A stretch of 64,000 nucleotides of DNA from Magnetococcales bacterium (GTDB lineage Bacteria; Pseudomonadota; Magnetococcia; Magnetococcales; JADFYX01): positions 4,400 to 68,399 of the forward strand of contig PEAM01000016.1 of the NCBI GenBank assembly GCA_002753565.1, read 5' to 3'. Shown piece after piece: positions 35,901 through 44,988 of this stretch (positions within the stretch are counted from its first letter, which is position 1; every line of letters begins with the position of its first letter). The notes under the pieces were generated by a model. The model saw only the letters and a program-made list of their open reading frames with translations, did no database searches and was not told the origin of the DNA. The position numbers and the translations under genes were made by a program.

Positions 35901-36583
35901 GCAATCTGATCCAGGCTGATGCCAAAACCGGAGAGCCTCTCGGGAAACACCTCAACCCGAATCTGTTGCGCCCGTCCTCCGACAATAAAGCCCTGACTGC
36001 TGTCCTTCACCTCATTAAGCTTTTGCAGCACATCCAACGACAACACCCGCAAAACACTGTCGTTGACCTCGTTAGACCAGAGGGTGAGCGTAATAATGGG
36101 TACATCGTCAACGGATTTGGGTTTGACCAGGGGCGGCTCCACCCCTGGGGGCATACGGTCCATGTTGGACTGGAGTTTATCGTATAACTTAACCAGCGAC
36201 GCCTCCATATCCTCGCCAACATCAAACTCTACCGTAATCATCCCCTGCCCCCGCATGGAGGCGGAATAGACATGTTTGACCCCGGATATTTCACTCATGA
36301 TCCGCTCAAGGGGAGCGGTTACCAGAGAGGAGACCTGATCGGAAGAGGCGCCGCCATATTGGACAAAAATATCCACCATGGGCACGGAGATCTGTGGATC
36401 TTCCTGCCGAGGGGTCATTAATAGCCCCATAATTCCCATTGCCAGGCAGGCAAAAAGAAACAGCGGTGAGAGTGGCGAGTGGATAAACGCCTTGGCCATG
36501 ATCCCGGCTACACCCAAATTTTTGGCATCTGGGTGTTCCAGGCTCGGCGGTGGTGGCGGCTGCAGTTCGGACGAAGTGGTCAT
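32918..36583 (-). CDS. RND efflux transporter permease with ~139-aa Lys/Ala/Pro-rich C-terminal tail
   Basis: 12-TM AcrB/CzcA-type architecture with two large periplasmic loops. It is 1221 aa. The tail is ...KKAPQGATSQQAVVEKKVEKEP...KRTARKPSARKPAVKKTPAKRQ...KPAATTKGG...KPKPAAKDPS. Confidence 0.9.
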   Translation of the reverse strand: MTTSSELQPPPPPSLEHPDAKNLGVAGIMAKAFIHSPLSPLFLFACLAMGIMGLLMTPRQEDPQISVPMVDIFVQYGGASSDQVSSLVTAPLERIMSEISGVKHVYSASMRGQGMITVEFDVGEDMEASLVKLYDKLQSNMDRMPPGVEPPLVKPKSVDDVPIITLTLWSNEVNDSVLRVLSLDVLQKLNEVKDSSQGFIVGGRAQQIRVEVFPERLSGFGISLDQIAQTIKTANSEKDIGSVESGDTGYRVITGNYIRNAEDLSQLMVGTRFGSPIYVRDVAQVFSGAEETRQMVTYTTGPAYEGKTPPASAASAVTIAVAKKTGSNGVTVANNILSRVEELKGSLIPDNVQVSITRNYGETANEKVNELLFKLVVATSAVTLLVWYALGFKPAVVTLVVIPVVILMTVFSAWILGFTIDRVSLFALIFSIGILVDDAIVVVENIYRRWLLEDNCCHLISIDAVREVGNPTILATFTVIAALMPMAAVRGMMGPYMEPIAVLGSVAMLFSLFAAFIFTPWLAQLIKPSMKTLHHHSEKERKSADRLEKMYRSVIPALLDSRAKGFGFLIALFVGFGLSCLLFYTTDVTVKIMPLDNKPEFNVVINLDEGTALPKTANVAHDMTELIRQKVPEVIALQTYVGTASPFNFNGMVRHYYLRHNSWEADIQVQLLHKSKRERTSHEIAEYVRSILTPVAQSFGAKIQVVEMPPGPPVLQSVVAEVTGPTAEIRREVAAHMTKLFEEAEGIVDVDNYMQKDFELWRFEVDSEKAVRQGISVDTINRNLGMAMGGARLGDVKRGNVLEPTYIVIQVPMAIRSKITSLSDLPISTPMGATIPLGELGHFVKGLQDSIHFRKDLRPVEYVTGEVTGLLDAPIYSMMDIDEKLKSYTTPDGQVIAGEFLGAPETYAKTGFEWTGEWTVTFETFRDMGMAFGVALILIYMLVVWEFGNFVLPAIIMAPIPLTLLGIVPGHMMMDAKFTATSMIGFIALAGIIVRNSILLVDFAQQEILKGESVRDSVILSCKARTRPIVITALALVAGSSVILSDFIFRGMAVSLLFGSLISTVLTLLVIPLGCVTFSSAFKHPAQANKGQDPDSDCDVRESVEAPALSAFVSTSAVLPQTQAAPEPTAQPSIKKAPQGATSQQAVVEKKVEKEPAIETEVKRTARKPSARKPAVKKTPAKRQAASEEGKATTKPAATTKGGSARRGIRMKPKPAAKDPS

Positions 36584-36622
36584 GTTGCTTTATCCCAATC
36601 AGATCAGATCAACGGCTCAAAC

Positions 36623-37813
36623 TTAATAGGTGGTCGCAGGATCTTCGCTACCATCCATCGTTGTCTTGGCTCCGCTCCAGGTGGATGTGGTATGGCTGGC
36701 ACCAACGGCAAGAATCTTCTCACCCACTCTCAGCCCGGAGAGTATGCTGATCAAATCCTCCCCCACCAATCCACCCAAACGGACCAGACGCTGCTCGGTC
36801 CGCCCTTCACCCACCACAACGGTAACCGCCGGCAAGCTACCCCGCCAGATGACCGCTGACTTGGGAATGGTCGGAAGATTTTTCTCTGGAGAGGTGATAT
36901 CGGGAATCATGACCTCGGCATACATGCCCGGTCCACCAGGAGAGCCCTTGGGCAGGTCCAACTTGACGGTAACCGTATGGCGCTGGGGGTCGGCCATGGG
37001 GAAAATCTGTGCCACGCGAGTATCCACCCGCGCTTTCCCCACATCCAGCTTGGCAGAGAGAATCATACCCTTTTTTACACCCGGCATCAGACGAGCCGGA
37101 ATTTCAACCTTGATTTGCAGATGACGGGTATCGGCAAAACTCAGCAGAGGCATGCCGGGCTGAACCGTATCACCCACCTCGATGTGTTTGGCGACAATGA
37201 CACCGGAAAAAGGGGCAATGGAGCGGGTATCACGGAGGGAGGCATCCAACTCTCGCAGTTGAGCCTGGGCCTGGATCATCCCATATTTGGCCTGATCGAT
37301 CTGGGTGCCCTGGGCGTAGATCTGTGCCCGACGGGTGAGCTCGGGATTGTCGACCCCAGCCATATCGGCCGCGGGACGGGTAAAGACACGATCGAACAGT
37401 CGGGGCATATCCATCCCCATGTTATCCGATGCCATCTGAGAGCCGGAATAGACCTGTCTGGTATATTGAACCCGTGCGTTACGGTAGGCCGCCCGCGCTT
37501 TGGAAAGATTGGCCTGGGCCGCCTGGCGCTTGGCTAGAAGGTTCTCACTGTTGAGGGCCACCAGGGTTGTACCCCGCCGGAACCAATCCCCTTCCACGCC
37601 GGAAATATGCTCGATTCGGCCTGGCATCTGGGCTGAAAAAGCCACTTCCCGGAAGGGAACAACCGTACCGCCCAAAGTAGTCGAGGCGCCAACCGGAGAG
37701 GATTTGACGACAAGAACCTGCTGCCCATCTGCAGCCACAGCCTCCTGACCGAATCCGACAACCCAGCCAATCATCAATGCTGGCAGGGTAAGAGAGATAA
37801 GCGTATTCCTCAT
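36623..37813 (-). CDS. RND efflux periplasmic adaptor subunit (MFP)
   Basis: Signal/anchor MRNTLISLTLPALMIGWVVG, coiled-coil hairpin, lipoyl-like and beta-barrel segments (IAPFSGVIVAKHIEVGDTV). It ends 39 nt upstream of the RND gene. Confidence 0.85.
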   Translation of the reverse strand: MRNTLISLTLPALMIGWVVGFGQEAVAADGQQVLVVKSSPVGASTTLGGTVVPFREVAFSAQMPGRIEHISGVEGDWFRRGTTLVALNSENLLAKRQAAQANLSKARAAYRNARVQYTRQVYSGSQMASDNMGMDMPRLFDRVFTRPAADMAGVDNPELTRRAQIYAQGTQIDQAKYGMIQAQAQLRELDASLRDTRSIAPFSGVIVAKHIEVGDTVQPGMPLLSFADTRHLQIKVEIPARLMPGVKKGMILSAKLDVGKARVDTRVAQIFPMADPQRHTVTVKLDLPKGSPGGPGMYAEVMIPDITSPEKNLPTIPKSAVIWRGSLPAVTVVVGEGRTEQRLVRLGGLVGEDLISILSGLRVGEKILAVGASHTTSTWSGAKTTMDGSEDPATTY

Positions 37814-37863
37814 GGAACCATCATCCTTCAAATAGTCTCTGAATAGACAGAAAAACCGGGCTC

Positions 37864-38259
37864 TTACACTCTTCCCATAACAGAAAAGGATTTAATAAAG
37901 GGCTTGGCCATGCGTGGGTCTTTAACCATGGCGCCGTAGTCACCCACCTGGAATTTCAGTTTGCGCGAGGTGTAAGCCATGCCCAACCCCATCATGCCCA
38001 ACCCCTTGGCAATCCATTTTTCCCAGTTGGACTGCGAAGCCCGCAAGTCCCAATTCAGCTCTTCCCCTGCGAAGCTACCGGAGCGAACCACTCTACCTCC
38101 CTCAACAACCAAAATTCCTTTGGGCTGCTCCTCACCGTCAAAACCGTAGGCGATGGTGGAGGTAAAATCGATTTTAGCCAGAGCATCGGCCAGTTCCGGT
38201 TCTTTATTCCACTCCTCTTCAAAACGGTTCATCCACTCTGCGGAAAATAGGTCGGCCAT
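37864..38259 (-). CDS. SCP2 sterol/lipid-binding domain-like protein
   Basis: 131-aa product starting MADLFSAEWMNRFEEEWNKEPELADAL, preceded by AGGAG. The layout resembles SCP-2 family proteins. Pattern recognition only. Confidence 0.5.
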   Translation of the reverse strand: MADLFSAEWMNRFEEEWNKEPELADALAKIDFTSTIAYGFDGEEQPKGILVVEGGRVVRSGSFAGEELNWDLRASQSNWEKWIAKGLGMMGLGMAYTSRKLKFQVGDYGAMVKDPRMAKPFIKSFSVMGRV

Positions 38260-38509
38260 GGTCTCACTCCTTTTTTTTATCGTTTCGTTAATGATGTGGC
38301 GGACCGATTGCCCAAGGGCTTGTTTGACAAGCGAAGAGACAAAAAACCGTCGGCAATGGGTGCGCCCCAATCAATCATGATTACAAGCAATTATTCATTC
38401 TCAGCCGAGCCGCAACAGAGCAATTGAGACCCCTATAACCCCAAACCCCTGAGGTTCTTTAATTTTTTCACCTCGGCCTCACCCGGCATAACTTACATAT
38501 ATTAATACA

Positions 38510-38549
38510 ATCCCCATCCATTGGCAAAGAGTGGAAGGGGATTTTTTTT
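38510..38549. terminator. Hairpin with T8 run on the plus strand (possible bidirectional terminator after the ABC-2 operon)
   Basis: 11-bp stem with one mismatch (38510-38520 / 38532-38542), followed by TTTTTTTT (38542-38549). On the minus strand the hairpin is followed only by a U/A-rich tract. Confidence 0.4.
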
Positions 38550-38579
38550 ACCCATAAAAACTTGCGCCGGACTGAACCA

Positions 38580-39353
38580 TTAGACAATAAGCCTTTTTTT
38601 CAGCAATCGAGTCGCCAGAAAAAAAGCCAGCGCCGCATAAACCAGCAGGGCGACAACATGAAAAACCGGATCTTCCAACGGTACGCCGACAGTCAGGGGA
38701 CGAATGAGGGAGACCACATGGGCCAACGGCAGCATATTGACCACCAACTGCGCCGTTTGTGGGAGGGAGTCCACCGGGTAGAAGACGCCGCAAAAAAGAA
38801 ACATCGGGGTGGTTACCAGAGTAAAATAGTAGAGAAAAAAATCGTAGTTGGGGGCAATGGCCATCACCACCAACCCCATGGCAGTGAAAACCAACCCCGA
38901 CAGAAAAACAACCGGCAACACCAAAAATGCTGTGGACGACGGAATGGAGCCAAGAAGATTGCCCACCAGAAAAATGGCCGTACCGGAGATCAGGGATTTG
39001 GTCCCCCCCCAGACCACCTCCCCCGCCACCACATCCGCCACCCGAACCGGTGTCGCCAACATGGCGTGGAAAGTGTTCTGACGGGTCATGCGGGTAAACC
39101 CACCATAGAGCGCCTCAAAGGTAGCGGTGTTCATGCTGTTGGCAGCCAGAATACCGGCGGTCAAATAGACCAGATAGGAGACCCCCTCTATCTCTCCCAC
39201 AAAACGACCCAGACCATACCCCATCCCCATCAGATAGAGAAACGGCTCTCCCAAGGTGCCCATCAGAGAGGTTGCCGCACTTTTTTTCCACACCAGCAGA
39301 TGCCGCCGCCAGACCTGAAAAAACCGTTTTGTAGGGAGCGCGCTCATATCCAT
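38580..39353 (-). CDS. ABC-2 type transporter permease (NodJ/DrrB-like)
   Basis: 257 aa with 6 TM. It lies immediately downstream of the ATPase. The N-terminus ...FFQVWRRHLLVWKK... is typical of ABC-2 permeases. Confidence 0.75.
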   Translation of the reverse strand: MDMSALPTKRFFQVWRRHLLVWKKSAATSLMGTLGEPFLYLMGMGYGLGRFVGEIEGVSYLVYLTAGILAANSMNTATFEALYGGFTRMTRQNTFHAMLATPVRVADVVAGEVVWGGTKSLISGTAIFLVGNLLGSIPSSTAFLVLPVVFLSGLVFTAMGLVVMAIAPNYDFFLYYFTLVTTPMFLFCGVFYPVDSLPQTAQLVVNMLPLAHVVSLIRPLTVGVPLEDPVFHVVALLVYAALAFFLATRLLKKRLIV

Positions 39354-39419
39354 AGTGATCTATCGTGCCATTATTCAAGTGGGTTAAAAAGGTTTTGCAA
39401 CGGACTCAGCCTGAGCAGA

Positions 39420-40331
39420 TTAATCGTTCAATTCCCGCCCGGTCAGCTTCAGAAAAACATCCTCCAGATTGGCAGGGCGCATCAGACAGGTGAGATCGTG
39501 CCGGTTGCGAAAATGGTCAAGAACGGTATGGGCATCGGTGGAGTAGGAGAACAGGGTATCACCTATTTTCTCGATCCGTCCCGGCAGATGCGCATATGCT
39601 CCGGCCTCTGGCAACGGGCCGTTGCCACGAATCTCCACCACCTCTGGCTCCACATGTCGGCTGATCAACTCCGCCGGGGTGCCCTGGTCGAGAATCTGGC
39701 CTCGGTTCAAGATCATCAGCCGATCACACAGCTGGGCCGCCTCTTCCATATAGTGGGTGGTCAACAAGAGTGTAACCCCCTCCTCCCGCAGCATCCGCAA
39801 CCGCTGCCAGATCAGATGCCGAGCCTGGGGATCCAGTCCGGTGGTCGGCTCATCCAACACGATCAACTCCGGGGAGCCAACCAGAGAGCGGGCAATAACC
39901 AGCCGCCGCATCATCCCCCCCGACAACTCCCGAACCATGGCATCCCGACGATCTTCCAACTGGGCAAAAGCCAACAGTTTTACCAATTTTTCCTGCACAG
40001 CCTGATCCGACAGGCCAAAATACCGACCATAGACCAACAGATTCTCCCCCACGGTTAAATCCGGGTCGAGATTATCCTCCTGAGGTACCACCCCCATCCG
40101 TTGGGAGGTGGTGGTCTGTTCAGGGTACATGGGCTGACCAAACACCTCCAACCGACCACCATCCAGAGCGGTCAAGCCGATGACCATTCTTAATGTGGTG
40201 GATTTTCCCGCCCCGTTAGGCCCCAAAATACCAAAGCACTCCCCAGACTGAATGGTAAAGTCGATCCCATCCACCGCCTGTCGGCCCGGATACCCTTTGC
40301 GCAACCCCGTTGCTGAAACCACCTCGGACAT
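39420..40331 (-). CDS. ABC transporter ATP-binding protein (NodI/DrrA-like)
   Basis: Walker A GPNGAGKST, signature LSGGMMRR, Walker B LIVLDEPT. Confidence 0.9.
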   Translation of the reverse strand: MSEVVSATGLRKGYPGRQAVDGIDFTIQSGECFGILGPNGAGKSTTLRMVIGLTALDGGRLEVFGQPMYPEQTTTSQRMGVVPQEDNLDPDLTVGENLLVYGRYFGLSDQAVQEKLVKLLAFAQLEDRRDAMVRELSGGMMRRLVIARSLVGSPELIVLDEPTTGLDPQARHLIWQRLRMLREEGVTLLLTTHYMEEAAQLCDRLMILNRGQILDQGTPAELISRHVEPEVVEIRGNGPLPEAGAYAHLPGRIEKIGDTLFSYSTDAHTVLDHFRNRHDLTCLMRPANLEDVFLKLTGRELND

Positions 40332-40465
40332 GCTACCCCCATCGTGTAGATAAAAGCGTGATAGAATTTGTCGACGGAAAAGAACTTCGGTATCTTGTTA
40401 CGAGTGTGCCAATATAGCAATGGCACGAACCAAGAAAAAGCAAAGGGTGCCCAACAGGGGAGAGC

Positions 40466-42028
40466 ATGAAGTTACTTCGAAGTGACCAGATGTGGCAGGC
40501 CGACCGCCGTACCATTGAGGAGATCGGACTACCCGGCGCGGTGTTGATGGAGAACGCCGGGGCGGGGGTTGCCCGCCTGCTGAAACGGCGTTTTCCAGAT
40601 TGGCAAACACGACGAACCCTGGTGCTGGCTGGCACAGGCAATAATGGCGGCGATGGCTTTGTGGTCGCCCGCCGGCTTCTGATGAGCGGCGCCCAGGTGC
40701 GTCTGCTGCTCTTTGGGCGAACCACCCTGTTAAAGGGGGATGCCCTGCTGCAGTATCGAGTTTTTACCAACCTGGGAGGAACCACCCACGAGATCACCCA
40801 ACCCCAAGATCTCACCCTCTTCAGCGCAACCCTGGCCCACTCGGGCGTGGTGGTTGATGCCCTTTTTGGTACCGGCCTGCACCGCCCCATCGAAGGGGTG
40901 ACCGCTCAGGCAATTGACCTTGTCAACCGCTCCGGCAGACCGGTTATGGCAGTGGATATCCCCTCCGGCATCTGCGCCGATAGCGGCACCCTGCTCGGCA
41001 CCGCCATCAAAGCCAGTTGGACCGTCACCTTTGCGGCGGAAAAAATAGGCCACCGTCTCTATCCTGGTGCCGCTCTGTGCGGAGAGATCATCACCATTCC
41101 CATCGGTATTCCCCCAGCCTTTATTCATGATGCAAAGCACCAGACTGCCCGAAACCTGACCACCGATCTGATCATCCCCCCCCGGCCAGCCGATGGTCAC
41201 AAAGGGCGCTTTGGTCATCTTCTGATTGTTGCCGGCAGCATTGGAAAAGAGGGGGCGGCCACCCTGACCGCTCTGGGTGCCTTGCGGACCGGCCCCGGAC
41301 TGGTCAGCGTCGCCACCCCCGAAGCGTGCCGTGCCATCATTGCTGCCAAACTCACCGAAGCCATGACCCTCCCCCTGCCCCAAGGGGAGGAGATAGCCAA
41401 TCGCGCCGACCAGTGGCTATCTAAAATCATCGATAGCGGTATTCGCCCCACCGCCCTGGCCATCGGCCCCGGATTGGGCACCGGACCGACACCATCTCGC
41501 TTTGTGCATAAGCTTCTAAGCCATTTCCCAGACTGCCCCACCCTGCTGGATGCCGATGGCCTGAACATTCTGGCGGCAGGGGGAGAGACCATCGAAACAC
41601 GGGTCAGCCAACGCTCAGCACCTCTGATTCTAACCCCCCACCCCGGAGAGTTGGCCCGACTGCGCAACCTCTCCGTAGTCGAGATCCAAGCTGACCGTCT
41701 GGGCATTGCCCGTCAAACAGCCCAACAGTGGCAGGTCTGGCTGGTGTTAAAGGGAGCCGACACCCTGATCGCCGCACCCGACGGACGAATCTGGATCAAT
41801 GAAAATGGCAACTCTGGCCTCGCCTCCGGGGGGAGTGGTGATCTTCTGAGTGGCATTATCAGTGGCACACTTACTCAGGGCTGGCCGGTAGAGTCGGCTG
41901 TTCGCGGCGGCGTCTGGCTGCATGGAGCCGCCGGAGATCAGGCAGCCAAAGAGAGAGAGGGAGAGGCGGGACTCCTGGCGGGGGACCTTCTCGCCCACCT
42001 CGTCCAACTTCGCAACGGATTGGGATGA
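40466..42028 (+). CDS. nnr: Bifunctional NAD(P)H-hydrate epimerase / ADP-dependent dehydratase
   Basis: YjeF N-terminal domain (GTGNNGGDGFVVAR) followed by the C-terminal carbohydrate-kinase-like domain (HKGRFGHLLIVAGS..., GGSGDLLSG). Confidence 0.9.
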   Translation: MKLLRSDQMWQADRRTIEEIGLPGAVLMENAGAGVARLLKRRFPDWQTRRTLVLAGTGNNGGDGFVVARRLLMSGAQVRLLLFGRTTLLKGDALLQYRVFTNLGGTTHEITQPQDLTLFSATLAHSGVVVDALFGTGLHRPIEGVTAQAIDLVNRSGRPVMAVDIPSGICADSGTLLGTAIKASWTVTFAAEKIGHRLYPGAALCGEIITIPIGIPPAFIHDAKHQTARNLTTDLIIPPRPADGHKGRFGHLLIVAGSIGKEGAATLTALGALRTGPGLVSVATPEACRAIIAAKLTEAMTLPLPQGEEIANRADQWLSKIIDSGIRPTALAIGPGLGTGPTPSRFVHKLLSHFPDCPTLLDADGLNILAAGGETIETRVSQRSAPLILTPHPGELARLRNLSVVEIQADRLGIARQTAQQWQVWLVLKGADTLIAAPDGRIWINENGNSGLASGGSGDLLSGIISGTLTQGWPVESAVRGGVWLHGAAGDQAAKEREGEAGLLAGDLLAHLVQLRNGLG

Positions 42029-42032
42029 ACCG

Positions 42033-43178
42033 ATGGACTATCGACGTTTTGGAAAAACCGGCTTCAACCTTTCGGTCTTTACCCTGGGCACCATGCGGTT
42101 TCTTCAGGGGTGGGATGAGCCTCATCACATCCTGCCCGAAGAGAGCCTGAAAAACTGCCACCAGGTATTAAATACGGCTCTTGGTGCCGGCATCAACCTG
42201 ATCGAAACCGCACGGGGATATGGCAAAAGTGAACGGCTGATTGGTCAAACCCTTCCTCACCTGCCCTATCGAAGGTCGGACTATCTTATCATGAGCAAAG
42301 CCCCACCCGCCCAGACAGCCGGAGAGATGCGTGGCTTTGTGGAGGACTCCCTCACCCGACTGGGTGTAGAGAAGCTGGATCTTTTTGCGCTGCATGGCTT
42401 GAACAACCAGGATCGGTGTCAGTTAAGCCTTAAAAAAGGTGGCTCGCTGGATGCCCTGGAGCAGATGCAAGCAGAGGGGCTGATCGGGGCCATCGGCTTC
42501 TCCACCCACGCCCCCCGCCCCCTGCTGCTTACCATGCTGGCTACCGGGCGGTTTGCCTTTGTCAATCTCCACTACTATCTGTTCAAGCGGATGAACCGGG
42601 CCGCCATCGATCTGGCTGAGGCGTTGGATATGGGGGTATTGATCATCTCTCCCAACGATAAAGGAGGGCGACTCTACACCCCCTCCCCTGCTCTCTCTCA
42701 ACTGACAGCCCCCTTGCACCCAGCTAACTTCAACGAAAGATGGATTCTCTCCCATCCCCAGATTCACACGCTGAGCATCGGGATGAGCGAGGCCAGCCAT
42801 ATTGACATCCATCTGGAGTCTCTCAAGAAAAAGCCCTACTGGGGGTCGGAGGAGCGCGAGGCCTGGGCCAAGCTTCAAGAGGCCAGCCGCCACTCCCCCT
42901 TTGACCTCTGTGGCGACTGCACCCGCTGTCTTCCCTGCCCTCAAGCTATTGACATACCCGAAGTGTTCAGGCTGCATCATCTGGTTGTCAGCTTAAAAAT
43001 GGACCATTACGGTCAGTTCCGATATGATCTGATGACACCGGGCGACCACTGGATACCGGGGGCCGAAGGGGTTGCCTGTGATCGATGTGGCGACTGTCTA
43101 CCTCGCTGCCCGCAGCAGTTGGCCATACCAGACCTGCTGCTTAAAGCCCACGGTGACCTTAAATCAACCAACAAGTGA
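42033..43178 (+). CDS. Aldo/keto reductase with C-terminal Fe-S cluster-binding Cys motifs
   Basis: MDYRRFGKTGFNLSVFTLGTMRF AKR N-terminus. The C-terminus has CGDCTRCLPCP and CDRCGDCLPRCP. ATG at 42033 lies 5 nt after the nnr stop. Confidence 0.8.
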   Translation: MDYRRFGKTGFNLSVFTLGTMRFLQGWDEPHHILPEESLKNCHQVLNTALGAGINLIETARGYGKSERLIGQTLPHLPYRRSDYLIMSKAPPAQTAGEMRGFVEDSLTRLGVEKLDLFALHGLNNQDRCQLSLKKGGSLDALEQMQAEGLIGAIGFSTHAPRPLLLTMLATGRFAFVNLHYYLFKRMNRAAIDLAEALDMGVLIISPNDKGGRLYTPSPALSQLTAPLHPANFNERWILSHPQIHTLSIGMSEASHIDIHLESLKKKPYWGSEEREAWAKLQEASRHSPFDLCGDCTRCLPCPQAIDIPEVFRLHHLVVSLKMDHYGQFRYDLMTPGDHWIPGAEGVACDRCGDCLPRCPQQLAIPDLLLKAHGDLKSTNK

Positions 43179-44026
43179 GAAAATGGATGGAAAAGAGCAC
43201 AAACAACCCCAAAAGCAGCCTTCAATCCGATGCCACCCGCGAGCTTCATGAGGAGATTGAGACCCGCTGCCGCCTGAACCCTGAGTTTGCCAGGCGGATC
43301 GGTAATTTTGGCTTTCTGGAGTTGGAGGATAGCTGGGGAGATGAGGCGACAATCATCAACACCGCCCGCATCTCCACCACCAACCACCGGCTGAAAAACC
43401 TGGGAGAGTTTGGCGATAGAGACCGCAACCTCCTCTACCACCTGCTCTCACACAACCACGGAACCCCCTTCGAAACCGTCCATTTTCGCTGGCGGATTAT
43501 CGCACCGATTTTTGTCCTCAGACAGTGGATGCGCCACCGGATATGCTCCTTCAACGAATTTTCCCAACGCTATCGAACCCCCATCACCGCTTTTTTCATT
43601 CCCGACGAGCAGGCCCGTACGGTGGATGGCTTCCAGGTTCTGACAGACGAGCAGACGCAACGCTATGAAGCGTTGATGACCTCTCTGCACCAGTTTTATC
43701 AGACCGAGTATCAGGAGGTCTGCCAGCGGCTGGATGAAGCCGAGGCCCGAGGGGAGATAAAAAAAAGCCGGGGTGGACGCAACCCCTATCGAGCCAGAGC
43801 CAGAGAGCTGTTACGCAACGCCATGCCGGTCTCCACCTACTCCGACCTCTACTGGACCATCAACTTCCGATCCCTGATGAATTTTTTTGCCCTGCGCTGT
43901 AAACCGGACGCCCAACAGGAGATTCGCCAGTTTGCCGATACCGCCTTTGACATGTTCCAACGCCGCTTCCCTCTTCTGGCTGAAACCATGAATCGGGTAC
44001 TCGATGAGAGGGCCAACAAGGAGTAA
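43175..44026 (+). CDS. thyX: FAD-dependent thymidylate synthase
   Basis: ThyX signature RHRICSFNEFSQRY. The start is either GTG 43175 (GTGA overlap with the upstream stop) or ATG 43187. Confidence 0.9.
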   Translation: MRKWMEKSTNNPKSSLQSDATRELHEEIETRCRLNPEFARRIGNFGFLELEDSWGDEATIINTARISTTNHRLKNLGEFGDRDRNLLYHLLSHNHGTPFETVHFRWRIIAPIFVLRQWMRHRICSFNEFSQRYRTPITAFFIPDEQARTVDGFQVLTDEQTQRYEALMTSLHQFYQTEYQEVCQRLDEAEARGEIKKSRGGRNPYRARARELLRNAMPVSTYSDLYWTINFRSLMNFFALRCKPDAQQEIRQFADTAFDMFQRRFPLLAETMNRVLDERANKE

Positions 44027-44392
44027 CTACCCACAAACTCAGTGTCGCTCAAAGCGCCGCCCCAGAGGCCTGACTAAAAAAATGTGCTTTTTTTCAGGTG
44101 CAACACTCTGTTTTTATTGAGCTTCAAACAAAAACAGCCTGAGGGTCCCATTTTTTTGTTGCAATTTGGGAAGAAGCACAGCATATTAGCATTTAATAAT
44201 ATTCGAATGAATCAGTTATTCGGGTAAGTTAAATAGTCGGACGGAAGGAGAGAGGTACTTTTTCTCAATTAAATTTCCTGGCATTCAGGGCTGTTCATCG
44301 CCATAATGGGAACCAGGATGGGGAGAGAGAGTTCCAAACACCAGTGTAGACAGATCATGGGGAATCAAATCAACAATTGGCCTCTGCGAAAG

Positions 44393-44962
44393 ATGCAAAC
44401 CCAATGGATGACCCTCACCCTTGTCGTCACTGTCATGTTCGGCTTCACCCCCGCCTCCCTTCATGCTCAGGCAGCCGGAGAGGGGCAGGATGGTACCCAG
44501 AGATTGGGTCATTCGGTGGGTCAATTCATGAACTCTTTTTTAAGGGAACTTGATACACCGGAAACGGGTCAGAGTAGTCCAGAAGCAGAGAAACGGCCAT
44601 CCAGACCCAAACCGTCAAGTCAAACCGGGCGAGGTGGATGGACCAAAAGAGAGCAGCAGATTTATGACCCTTGGGGGGTTACACTCAAGAGAGAGAGAGA
44701 CCCTTTCCGTTACGATCCGTGGGGCGCAACAGGCGACACGCGAAACCTGAGACGGTTTGCCGATCAGGACTGGTCTTCAGGGCAAAACTATTACGGTGTC
44801 GGACTTGAGCCTTGGTCTGACCCGAGATACCGGATGAGCCATCATCCCTATAACAGAGATGGCCCGCCACCTTGGGGTGGCACTTATCAGCCCTACCGGT
44901 CTCCCCCTCCACCAGGATATCCCTATGGTGGACAGCAGGTCGATTCAGGCTGGAACTGGTAA
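44393..44962 (+). CDS. Secreted low-complexity Pro/Trp/Gly/Tyr/Arg-rich protein
   Basis: Start chosen to give signal peptide MQTQWMTLTLVVTVMFGFTPASLHAQA. The mature part has YDPWG (x2), PPWGG, RSPPPPGYPYGG and a C-terminal SGWNW. Confidence 0.6.
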   Translation: MQTQWMTLTLVVTVMFGFTPASLHAQAAGEGQDGTQRLGHSVGQFMNSFLRELDTPETGQSSPEAEKRPSRPKPSSQTGRGGWTKREQQIYDPWGVTLKRERDPFRYDPWGATGDTRNLRRFADQDWSSGQNYYGVGLEPWSDPRYRMSHHPYNRDGPPPWGGTYQPYRSPPPPGYPYGGQQVDSGWNW

Positions 44963-44988
44963 GCTTAGAGAGAAAAGAGGAGGCAGAG

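Noticed and set aside
38562-40058. 498-aa plus-strand ORF
   Set aside because: It is fully antisense to the ABC-2 permease and ABC ATPase genes, which carry unmistakable Walker and signature motifs. Its product is His/Gln/Gly/Arg-rich with no motifs. It is a shadow ORF.
44279-44295. TGGCAT...GC sigma-54-like sequence upstream of the N/W operon
   Set aside because: The GG to GC spacing is 2 nt too short for a -24/-12 promoter.
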